From a virus: a DNA stretch of 64,000 bases. Shown here piece after piece: positions 39,232 through 47,169 of the stretch. The stretch's first letter is position 1; each line of letters opens with the position of its first letter. The DNA is taken from positions 288,001 to 352,000 of IMG/VR virus record IMGVR_UViG_3300012642_000011. One strand, written 5' to 3'. Both the position numbers and the translations under genes were made by a program. Below the pieces are notes generated by a model, which saw only the letters and a program-made list of their open reading frames with translations, made no database searches and was not told the DNA's origin.

Positions 39232-39232
39232 C

Positions 39233-39305
39233 GCTCCCCCACCTGGATTCGAACCAGGAACCTACGCATTAACAGTGCGGCGCTCTGCCGTTGAGCTATA
39301 GGGGA
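39233..39305 (-). tRNA. tRNA-Asn (anticodon GUU)
   Basis: Minus-strand TCCCCTATAGCTCAACGGCAGAGCGCCGCACTGTTAATGCGTAGGTTCCTGGTTCGAATCCAGGTGGGGGAG. The anticodon loop CUGUUAA is as in bacterial tRNA-Asn. Confidence 0.7.
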
Positions 39306-39309
39306 ATGT

Positions 39310-39460
39310 CTGGCTTATACAGTCATTTAACTCACTTGCCCCCGAGTGAGCACCAGAAAATCTCTGTTCAGTTACCAATCTCCAACTTCTTATATGAACT
39401 ACGGCGATGCTAAAGACAACGCCGTTTCTGGCTTCACAGGAATATGCTTAATCAGACCTT
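39310..39460 (-). ncRNA. putative TnpB guide (omega or right-end RNA) region
   Basis: By analogy with characterised TnpB systems, the guide RNA is transcribed from the 3' end of tnpB into the right end. This region holds two hairpins. No direct sequence evidence of expression exists. Confidence 0.25.
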
Positions 39461-40753
39461 ATACAGATCATTCTTAAGTCTAACAATCCCTCCACCAGCA
39501 CAACCCTCCGTTCCAGAGGTGACCAAACTCAAGTACCTTTCACCAAGAATAACCATATTCCTCGCAGCATGAGAATCACGATCCTCACTAAAACCACAAG
39601 AAGAACACAAGAAAACACTCATATTAACATCATGCTTCGTCAAGACACCACAAGGAGAACACCACGCAGTAGTAGCCACCCACTTAGGCAGCATTACCGC
39701 ATTCTCATGATTTTTCAAGCGCGCTTTAACACGACCAAGCACACCATGATGGATCTTCTTAGAACCACGTGCTTTCGAATTCTTGTTCTTCCACGATACT
39801 AACATTTCATCTTGGAAGAACACTACACTATCCTTAGTTAACCTGCTTACTAATTGATTAGCAAACTCATTCTTCAAATGATCAGTATTCTGATACTCTC
39901 TCTTGATCTTAGCCAAAGTCTTGCGATAACTGTTGGAGTTCTTTACCTGACGAGACAGTTTTCTCTGCAATCTCGCCATCCTCTCCTGTTTGCCAGTAAT
40001 AATCGCGTTAACAACCTCACCATTATCAAGAGTTAAAGCATTCTTTACACCCATGTCCACACCGATTTTATTCGTAGGTGCAACCTTAACTGCTCGTGGC
40101 TGATAAGTGGTCACTACTAAATGATAACCATCAGCACGATACACTAATTTAGCATTCGCAAACTCAAGACTATCAGCACACAATTGCTCATAACCGCGAA
40201 CACGTAATCTGCCGGGAATGTTCTGAACACGGATTTTAGTCATCATCCCTTTTGAATTAGGAATCAGATCATAAGTCACGCCATATTGTTTGAGATTGAT
40301 AGAATCGACATTGCGAACAAACTTTAGTTTTCCAATCTTGCGACCATTCTTCTTCAATGCAGATAATGATTTGCGATCATTGCTCAATTGAGTTATCACG
40401 CTTTGCTGCATTTGGCTTCCAAGATGTTTGATTGCTCTTTTCTCAGTATCTCCGTTGGGGACTTTTACCTCAACTTCACCTTTGAGTTCTTTGATGTAGT
40501 CAAGATCAAAACGTTCTGCTGCAAGGGCAGCATTGCGAATCCATTTAGCCTCATGGAAAATACTTTTAATAGCCTCTTTTTGCTGTTTATTCATGGAAGA
40601 TTGTACGATTTTTAGGTCATACACTTTGACAATCATGGTTTTTCTGCGTTCACGAGTTGCTTTTCCTGCTTCTTTGATTCTCTTGTTTTTGGCAAGTCTG
40701 GCTTCTTCTGTGAGGGTTTTTGGTGCGCTTGTGCGTTGTGCCATGATTGTCAC
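39452..40753 (-). CDS. tnpB: TnpB (OrfB), RuvC-like RNA-guided endonuclease of the IS200/IS605 family
   Basis: A 433-aa protein. RuvC-I reads IGVDMGVKN. The C-terminal zinc finger is CSPCG...CSSCG, followed by an RuvC-III-like DRDSHAARNM. Confidence 0.8.
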   Translation of the reverse strand: MTIMAQRTSAPKTLTEEARLAKNKRIKEAGKATRERRKTMIVKVYDLKIVQSSMNKQQKEAIKSIFHEAKWIRNAALAAERFDLDYIKELKGEVEVKVPNGDTEKRAIKHLGSQMQQSVITQLSNDRKSLSALKKNGRKIGKLKFVRNVDSINLKQYGVTYDLIPNSKGMMTKIRVQNIPGRLRVRGYEQLCADSLEFANAKLVYRADGYHLVVTTYQPRAVKVAPTNKIGVDMGVKNALTLDNGEVVNAIITGKQERMARLQRKLSRQVKNSNSYRKTLAKIKREYQNTDHLKNEFANQLVSRLTKDSVVFFQDEMLVSWKNKNSKARGSKKIHHGVLGRVKARLKNHENAVMLPKWVATTAWCSPCGVLTKHDVNMSVFLCSSCGFSEDRDSHAARNMVILGERYLSLVTSGTEGCAGGGIVRLKNDLYKV

Positions 40754-40805
40754 CTCCTTGATATAATAGGCTATCTTATCTTATTATATCAAAAGGTTGG
40801 TTGTG

Positions 40806-41198
40806 ATGGGTGCTGTTCAGAATTTGCGTTATCATTTTGTTTTTGCTACGAAGTTTCGTAGGGGGTGTTTTAGTGGTATTGAGGGTGATGTGGTGAGGGC
40901 GATTGAGTATGCTGTGTCGAAGTCTTCATGCAAGTTAGAGCGTGTTGCTGTTGAAGATGGGGATCATGTTCATTTGGTAGTGAGGATGTCTGGGACTTAT
41001 TCTGTTTCTGGTTTAGTGAACCGTTTGAAGTCTTTGAGTTCTCATCATTTGTGGGAGATGCAGGGGGATCATTTGAGAAGATTTTATTGGGGTGGTCGTC
41101 ATTATTTGTGGAGTGGTGGTTATTATGCTGCTACTATTGGCGATGTGAGTGCTGATCATGTTGATAAGTACCTGAAAAAGCAAGGCCACTGGAAATAA
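40806..41198 (+). CDS. tnpA: TnpA, HuH Y1 transposase (IS200-like)
   Basis: LRYHFVFATKFRR (HuH and the YH..V motif) and GDHVHLVV (HxH) are present, with the C-terminal Y in GGYYAATIGDVS. It is divergent from tnpB. The track ORF starts at a TTG at 40797. Confidence 0.8.
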   Translation: MGAVQNLRYHFVFATKFRRGCFSGIEGDVVRAIEYAVSKSSCKLERVAVEDGDHVHLVVRMSGTYSVSGLVNRLKSLSSHHLWEMQGDHLRRFYWGGRHYLWSGGYYAATIGDVSADHVDKYLKKQGHWK

Positions 41199-41305
41199 TA
41201 CACTTGCGCTTACATCAGCGAGGCTGAAGACCTCGCCGCTTTACGCGCTTTCGTGTAACGGTATCAATGAAAACATCAAGCGTTTTTGGAATTAACGATC
41301 TCATA

Positions 41306-42085
41306 TTAAGAGATCTCTTCGAGATGGATCAATGGTCTTGAATATCCCTCTACCTTGTGATCCATATCAACACTGATAACCCTGAACTTTGTTCCTCTGG
41401 CAAGGGTAACCTCTTCCTCATAAGATCCATCCTCATTCCACTTCGCTGATTGAGTAGTATCAATCTTCATCAGAACACCAGAGATATAATCAGGAGCATT
41501 CATACCAGAGAACTCATGAGATATGTCTTCAGATGTAGAAGTAGACACGAACTCATTGAAGACAACCTCGTTACCAGCCTCCCCGATATGCTTCTTCACC
41601 CATTCTACAGGATTCATGTCAGTCTTGCGAGGAAGATCGGAATTTGCTGTCTTCACCCCACGAAAAAGAGTATGATTTGATTTTCTACGAGGGCACCTCG
41701 CCAACGCTTTATCCATGTTATCAATCACTTTTCTTTGATCATCAGATAAACTGCCCACATCATCACGTCTCAAAGCATCATTGATCTCACCATGCTCAAA
41801 GGAACCATACGATTCCCAAGCATCCCTCTCATCATCAGAAAGAGAATTTCTCCATGTTGATACAAGAGAAGAATGATTTGTAGAAGACAAGGACGACACA
41901 GAAGAGAATGATCTCTCCAAAACTTCCTCAGAAAAAGAATGTGCCTCCTTCATGTTCTCAAAATGCTGTACTGAACCCAAGGGGCATTCAATCTTATCTG
42001 CCCTGCATCTGTTCATCTCGCCAGTTTTGCTGCTCACGTGATACTTGACCATTATCCCTCCCCATGTTTTCAGATGAACACACAT
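41306..42085 (-). CDS. mono-ADP-ribosyltransferase of the R-S-E class (C3, Alt or Mod-like toxin fold)
   Basis: Arg motif HTLFRGV, STS motif VSTSTS and ExE motif EEEVTLARG appear in the canonical order and spacing. Confidence 0.55.
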   Translation of the reverse strand: MCVHLKTWGGIMVKYHVSSKTGEMNRCRADKIECPLGSVQHFENMKEAHSFSEEVLERSFSSVSSLSSTNHSSLVSTWRNSLSDDERDAWESYGSFEHGEINDALRRDDVGSLSDDQRKVIDNMDKALARCPRRKSNHTLFRGVKTANSDLPRKTDMNPVEWVKKHIGEAGNEVVFNEFVSTSTSEDISHEFSGMNAPDYISGVLMKIDTTQSAKWNEDGSYEEEVTLARGTKFRVISVDMDHKVEGYSRPLIHLEEIS

Positions 42086-42195
42086 GATGATTCTCTAATC
42101 TCACACACGATCTAAACTATTGATGCCAATCAACCCCGATCCAGCATGGACTAGGAAATCATTTCTGCAAAAGAAGCGAAGTTGTGTATACGCAA

Positions 42196-42232
42196 AAGAG
42201 GGTGAGAATTAGATTCTCACCCTCTTTCACCT
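42196..42232 (-). terminator. intrinsic terminator after nrdE
   Basis: aaagagggtgagaat-tag-attctcaccctcttt, with a T-tract on the minus strand. Confidence 0.5.
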
Positions 42233-42278
42233 TATTATTCAATTGTCATCAAGTTTACATCTATCTATTTAAAATAGA

Positions 42279-45200
42279 TCAGACCTGACATGACTCACAG
42301 TAAGAGTTTGCATCCTCAACCTCTGTTCCTGCAAGTGTGGAAGGACGTACACGGACGTAGTAAATCGTCTTGATACCCTTCCTCCATGCATAAATGTATG
42401 CCTTATTGAGATCTCTGGTTGTGGCCTCATCAGTCACAAAGAGAGTCAAAGAAGCACCCTGATCAATGTGAGGTGTAGCAGCAGCATACACATCAATGAT
42501 GGCTTCAGTTCCTACCTTGTATGCATCAGCGTAGTAAGGCAGAGTTTCCTCACTCAAGTATGGCTGTGGGTAGAAGACTCTACCAATCTTTCCTTCCTTC
42601 CTTGCCTCAATGTTCTGAGCAACAGGATGGATAGAAGAAGTAGAATAAGAAATGTAACTGATGCTTCCTGTTGGCGCAACAGCGATCAGGTACGCATTAT
42701 ATAGACCATCTCTCATCACATCTTCCTTCAACTGCTTCCAGTCTTCAGCAGTAGGCACATGCATACTTGTCTTCTTCAGAAGTTCTTTGACCTTCTCAGT
42801 CTTGACTTCTGAGTACTGACCGTTTGTGTACATGTCGAAGAACTCACCTGTAGCATACTTTGACTTCTCAAACTCGAAGAATGTCTTTCCCTTCTCCTTT
42901 GCCATCTTGTTGGATGCCTTCATAGCGTAGTAACGTACTGACATGAAGTACAAGTTGGTGAAGTCTACTGCTTCCTCAGATGCGTAATAGATGTGCTCAC
43001 GTGCAAAGAATCCGTGAAGGTTCATTGCACCCAGACCAATAGCATGACTCAACTGGTTTCCACGCTCAATGGATGGAGCAGATGAGATGTTGGACAGTTC
43101 TGACACTACTGTGAGCGCACGTACTGCTGTTTCCACTGACTGACCAAAATCAGGTGAATCAAACATGTTGGCAACATTGAGAGAGGCGAGGTTACAGGAG
43201 ATGTCTCTTCCAACGTGGTCATAGTTTCCATCTTCATTAAATGTTGACGGAGTTGAGACCTGAAGAATTTCAGAACAGTTTCCTGTGACAATGCCATTGA
43301 AGATAATGGAGTGACCATCTTCTACAGTGACATCATATACATCCTCTACACCGTCAGGAACAATGTCTCTGACAACAGCCTTGTAGCGGTGTGTGCTGTA
43401 TGGTGTTCTGTTCTTATCCCATACCAATGACTTTTCCTGCCATGCTTTCTGCTGCCTGTCTGTCCAGTTCAGAAGTTCATAGAGAGCAACGACTTCAGCC
43501 TGTGCAGATGCCTTCAGATTCCACACTTCTGCTACATCATACTCCTTCTCTCCGCCCTTGCTATCAGGAAGGGTATCCTTACCTGCCTTGCGGGAGAGGT
43601 ACAGCCTAGTGAACACGTTCATGTTCAATAGCATCCTCTGAACTTCAAGGAGAAGTTCCCTATTTGTGGAAGTCAGTTCAATGGTTGCAGACTTTGATGT
43701 TCCTGTAATGCAACCATCTGCCTGATAGAGACCCGAAAGGTAGCCAACCTGTGTTGACCTGTCTCCTCTGAGTACGAAGTCAGGGACAATCTCCTTATTA
43801 TCCTTAGTGAAATCATTGTTTTTAAGGATTTCCGCAAGGATTGTAGAAGAAAGCGTCCATTTATTGTACTTCTCGCTTTCAGTGAAAGTAGGAATACGTG
43901 TGGACTCATCAACGAGACCAATGGCATCATCACTGTAGAAGATGTTCTCCACGATCTTATTGATCTTGCTGATCTCTGACTTATTCTTTGGCTTGATTGT
44001 CAGTCTTGCAGATGGTGAGTACTTAGAGTCCTTGTCCTCTACAAGAGAACCCTCACCTGCAATGAATCCTGCAATGAATGCAAGATCAGGCTTGTGAACG
44101 TGTCCGTATGCACCCTCTGATGGTTGAATGAGAACTTTGTCACCTGGCTTGACCTCACCCAAGGGGATCTTCACAAGGATAGGATCATCATTCTCGTCCT
44201 TACGCTCCACGTAGATCTTATGGTACTCTGTTGCTCTTAACTCATACCCCTCAATAGTGGACATTTTGAACACAGGAGTATTCTCTGCTGTCTTGAACAT
44301 CTTGGTTGATGTAACACTGGCTACTCCGTCTGCATCAAGATCCATAGTACGTGCTCTCTCATCAACGATGACGTTGAAGGAATTTTGTGATTCAAAGAGG
44401 TCTCCTGCACGGACGTTTCCTGAATCTGTAAGCAACTGTGTCTCTGCTGTGACGCAGAGGTTGGAATGTGTAACCTTTCCATCCAACTGTGACTGCGCGT
44501 TTACGTTGTCCTCAAACATGAGGTAGGGGTATCCTGACTCAAACTGTAGCTCAGCAATGGTCTGGAAGAGTGAACGTGCTTTAATCTTTTGCTTACGGAT
44601 CTTGGGGTTATCTACCATATCGTAGTACTCTTCCGTGATATCGATGTCACTGAAAGGCTTACCGTAGAATTTCTCAACATCATAAGGTGAGAACAGATAC
44701 ATGTCATCATTGCGCTTAGCAAGTTCAAAAGTGATGTCAGGAATGACAATACCAATGGAAAGTGTCTTAATCCTGATCTTCTCATCTGCGTTCTCACGCT
44801 TAGTGTCAAGGAATCTCATGATGTCAGGGTGGTGTGCGTTCAAGTACACTGCACCTGCTCCCTGACGTGCTCCCAACTGGTTAGCATAGGAGAATGAATC
44901 CTCAAGAAGTTTCATGACAGGAATGATTCCAGAGGACTGTCCCTCAATGTTCTTAATAGGAGCACCCTGCTCACGAACGTTGGTGAGGTTCAAAGCAACA
45001 CCGCCACCACGCTTAGACAACTGCAAAGCGTTGGTAATGTTTCTTGCAATGGATTCAAGGTTGTCTTCTGTTCTCAAGAGGAAGCAGTTGTGAGCAATGT
45101 ACCCTCTTGCTACATAGGTATGATTGTTCTCTACTTCAAGATTGTAAACAGTAGTAGTTTTTTCTTCGAATGAAGATGCCTTTACTTTATACATTACGTA

Positions 45201-46859
45201 TCCATCAATGATCCTTGCAAATCTAAACTGATCAGAGGCAAGTACACCATCAAATCTATCTGCATTTTTATCAATGTATTTAATGAAGTCAACATTGTTT
45301 TCGCTGATAGCAGGAATCTTCAAGGTGGATGTAGGTGACCCTGAAGCACTGAAGAAGGTTCTCTCATACGGAAGAAGTCCAATCCTCAAAGCAGCAGTTC
45401 TTAATTGAGAAATAATCTCAGGGTTGGACAAAGAGACTTCTGCGCTTCTGTCAAGGACTGTTCCATCCCCTCTGAAGCATCCTACAAGCATACCTTTGAG
45501 GAATTCATCAGAAGCATCAAGTAGAAGAGTGTTCAACCTCTTCTTATTAAATCCAGTTCCGATAAGGGAAACAAAGAATTCTCCCATAATTTGAGACCAA
45601 GCAGCCACATTCGTTGAGCCATCTACGTTTTCTCTCACAGTAGGCGTAAAGCCGAAGATTCTTTCAATCAGATTGACGGTATCCTTGATAAAGATATCTT
45701 CTTTTGATCCGAAAGTGAATCGAATTCCCTTATTTACCCCATTCGTGTAATGAGCATATCCCTCAGAAATGTAGTATCCTACAAGTCGTCCGAAATCTTC
45801 GTTCACAGAGATGGTGTTTTTCAAAGAATATGAGTTCTTTAAAACATTAGACCCCTTCTTTTTATTGTTTTTCTTGTCGATTGATCCAATGTAAACAAGA
45901 TCGTTTTCTACATCAACATCAAGAGTCCTACCCCATGTAGATGGCGTTTTAACGTAATCTGAAATCTTCAGTTCTGAAACAGATTCGGAACTTCTTCTTG
46001 GAACAGACAGAGCAATGAAATCACCAGGAAGAACTTCTCCCGCTGCAATCCACTTTACATTCTCAGTACTTCCATCACCATCAATTAAGGTGTCTTGAGA
46101 TGAGTTTTTTCTGTAAACAAGGACAGGGTGCTCTTTAGTAGAAGAGAACTTTTCTTTTTGTCCAATAACAGTAAGAGAAACTATTCCGTCACTTTCCTCA
46201 CGAGACATAACTCCTGTTACCTTTTGCACGCTGCCATCGTGTGTGTAAACTGAATCCCCCTCAACAATGTTGGAGATTGTAATTTCACCATGGGGTGTAG
46301 AAATTGGTGTATCGCCTTCGAAACACGACACCATCTCACCACGCTGCTTCTTTCCTGCATTCAAGAAGGTTGGAGTGGCAGGCTGGAAACGTCCGCCCAT
46401 CATCTCATCAAGCAAGTGCTCTGCAGCATCCTCGTCACCATCAGCAAGGTAAAGAGCAACAACGACAACCCTATCCTCATAGCGTTCAAGATATCTCTTG
46501 CCGTCGAATGTCTTCAGAGTATAGGATGTGTAGTACTTGAATGCTCCCATGAAGGATGGGAAACGGAACTTGTAAGCGTATGCCTTCTTGTAAAGTGACT
46601 TCACGAAATCGAAGTCATACTTGTCGAAGAGTTCCTTCTCGTAGTAGTCATTCTTGAAGAGGTAATCCAGTTTCTCTTCAAGATCGTGGAAGAACACTGT
46701 GTTCTCATTGACATGGTGGAGGAAGAATGCTCTGGCTGCCTCTTTGTCCTTATGCAACTGAAGTTTTCCATCTTCACCCATCAGTTTCACCTGGGCGTTC
46801 AACTCATGGTAATCCACGTTCTCTTCTTTGTCGTGGGTTGTTCCATTGAATTCAGACAT
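42279..46859 (-). CDS. nrdE: class Ib ribonucleotide reductase large subunit NrdE, interrupted by two inteins (1526-aa precursor, about 720-aa extein)
   Basis: The extein carries RNR blocks (TPTFLNAG...RGEMVS|CFLL, ...HSNL|CSEILQV and a C-terminal YCESCQV). The N-terminus is NrdE-like, without an ATP cone. Confidence 0.85.
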   Translation of the reverse strand: MSEFNGTTHDKEENVDYHELNAQVKLMGEDGKLQLHKDKEAARAFFLHHVNENTVFFHDLEEKLDYLFKNDYYEKELFDKYDFDFVKSLYKKAYAYKFRFPSFMGAFKYYTSYTLKTFDGKRYLERYEDRVVVVALYLADGDEDAAEHLLDEMMGGRFQPATPTFLNAGKKQRGEMVSCFEGDTPISTPHGEITISNIVEGDSVYTHDGSVQKVTGVMSREESDGIVSLTVIGQKEKFSSTKEHPVLVYRKNSSQDTLIDGDGSTENVKWIAAGEVLPGDFIALSVPRRSSESVSELKISDYVKTPSTWGRTLDVDVENDLVYIGSIDKKNNKKKGSNVLKNSYSLKNTISVNEDFGRLVGYYISEGYAHYTNGVNKGIRFTFGSKEDIFIKDTVNLIERIFGFTPTVRENVDGSTNVAAWSQIMGEFFVSLIGTGFNKKRLNTLLLDASDEFLKGMLVGCFRGDGTVLDRSAEVSLSNPEIISQLRTAALRIGLLPYERTFFSASGSPTSTLKIPAISENNVDFIKYIDKNADRFDGVLASDQFRFARIIDGYVMYKVKASSFEEKTTTVYNLEVENNHTYVARGYIAHNCFLLRTEDNLESIARNITNALQLSKRGGGVALNLTNVREQGAPIKNIEGQSSGIIPVMKLLEDSFSYANQLGARQGAGAVYLNAHHPDIMRFLDTKRENADEKIRIKTLSIGIVIPDITFELAKRNDDMYLFSPYDVEKFYGKPFSDIDITEEYYDMVDNPKIRKQKIKARSLFQTIAELQFESGYPYLMFEDNVNAQSQLDGKVTHSNLCVTAETQLLTDSGNVRAGDLFESQNSFNVIVDERARTMDLDADGVASVTSTKMFKTAENTPVFKMSTIEGYELRATEYHKIYVERKDENDDPILVKIPLGEVKPGDKVLIQPSEGAYGHVHKPDLAFIAGFIAGEGSLVEDKDSKYSPSARLTIKPKNKSEISKINKIVENIFYSDDAIGLVDESTRIPTFTESEKYNKWTLSSTILAEILKNNDFTKDNKEIVPDFVLRGDRSTQVGYLSGLYQADGCITGTSKSATIELTSTNRELLLEVQRMLLNMNVFTRLYLSRKAGKDTLPDSKGGEKEYDVAEVWNLKASAQAEVVALYELLNWTDRQQKAWQEKSLVWDKNRTPYSTHRYKAVVRDIVPDGVEDVYDVTVEDGHSIIFNGIVTGNCSEILQVSTPSTFNEDGNYDHVGRDISCNLASLNVANMFDSPDFGQSVETAVRALTVVSELSNISSAPSIERGNQLSHAIGLGAMNLHGFFAREHIYYASEEAVDFTNLYFMSVRYYAMKASNKMAKEKGKTFFEFEKSKYATGEFFDMYTNGQYSEVKTEKVKELLKKTSMHVPTAEDWKQLKEDVMRDGLYNAYLIAVAPTGSISYISYSTSSIHPVAQNIEARKEGKIGRVFYPQPYLSEETLPYYADAYKVGTEAIIDVYAAATPHIDQGASLTLFVTDEATTRDLNKAYIYAWRKGIKTIYYVRVRPSTLAGTEVEDANSYCESCQV
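43278..44456 (-). mobile_element. intein 2 in NrdE (about 393 aa, LAGLIDADG type)
   Basis: Inserted between THSNL and CSEILQ. It starts CVTAETQLL and ends IVTGN, with the unusual penultimate Gly. The blocks are LAFIAGFIAGEGSL and VGYLSGLYQADGC. Confidence 0.55.
45087..46325 (-). mobile_element. intein 1 in NrdE (about 413 aa, LAGLIDADG homing-endonuclease type)
   Basis: Inserted between RGEMVS and CFLL. It starts CFEGDTPIS and ends YIAHN. The LAGLIDADG-like blocks are GRLVGYYISEGYA and LKGMLVGCFRGDG. Confidence 0.6.
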
Positions 46860-47169
46860 ACTTGTCCTCCTTGTGTCGTGTTTTAAAGTCTATGGGCATT
46901 GGTAATCAATGCTTGGGGTAAAAAATGACCCACGAAAACAGCACTTACGTAGGTCACACATGAGCATCATCGACATGATGCCGTACTTTTTCTTTTTATT
47001 TTGTTGTCGGAGTATATTCTAACAAGAGTAGTTTAAAAATATTCCTCTCATAACTTCCTATATCACCATTACCTGTTAAGCAACCATTGATTTCATGCTG
47101 TTCTTCCATCATGGATAATTTCGATGTGAGATAATACACATGAATTTTCTCTCAACGAACAATTAAAAT

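Larger units (their letters stand above)
39310..41290. mobile_element. IS200/IS605-family insertion sequence (divergent tnpB and tnpA, IS605-type organisation), inserted directly 5' of tRNA-Asn
   Basis: Gene content is as listed for tnpB and tnpA. Subterminal hairpins lie near both ends (ctcacttgcccccgagtgag about 39331-39350, cggcgatgctaaagacaacgccg about 39402-39424, and gcgaggctgaagacctcgc about 41226-41244). Exact ends are not determined. Confidence 0.65.
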
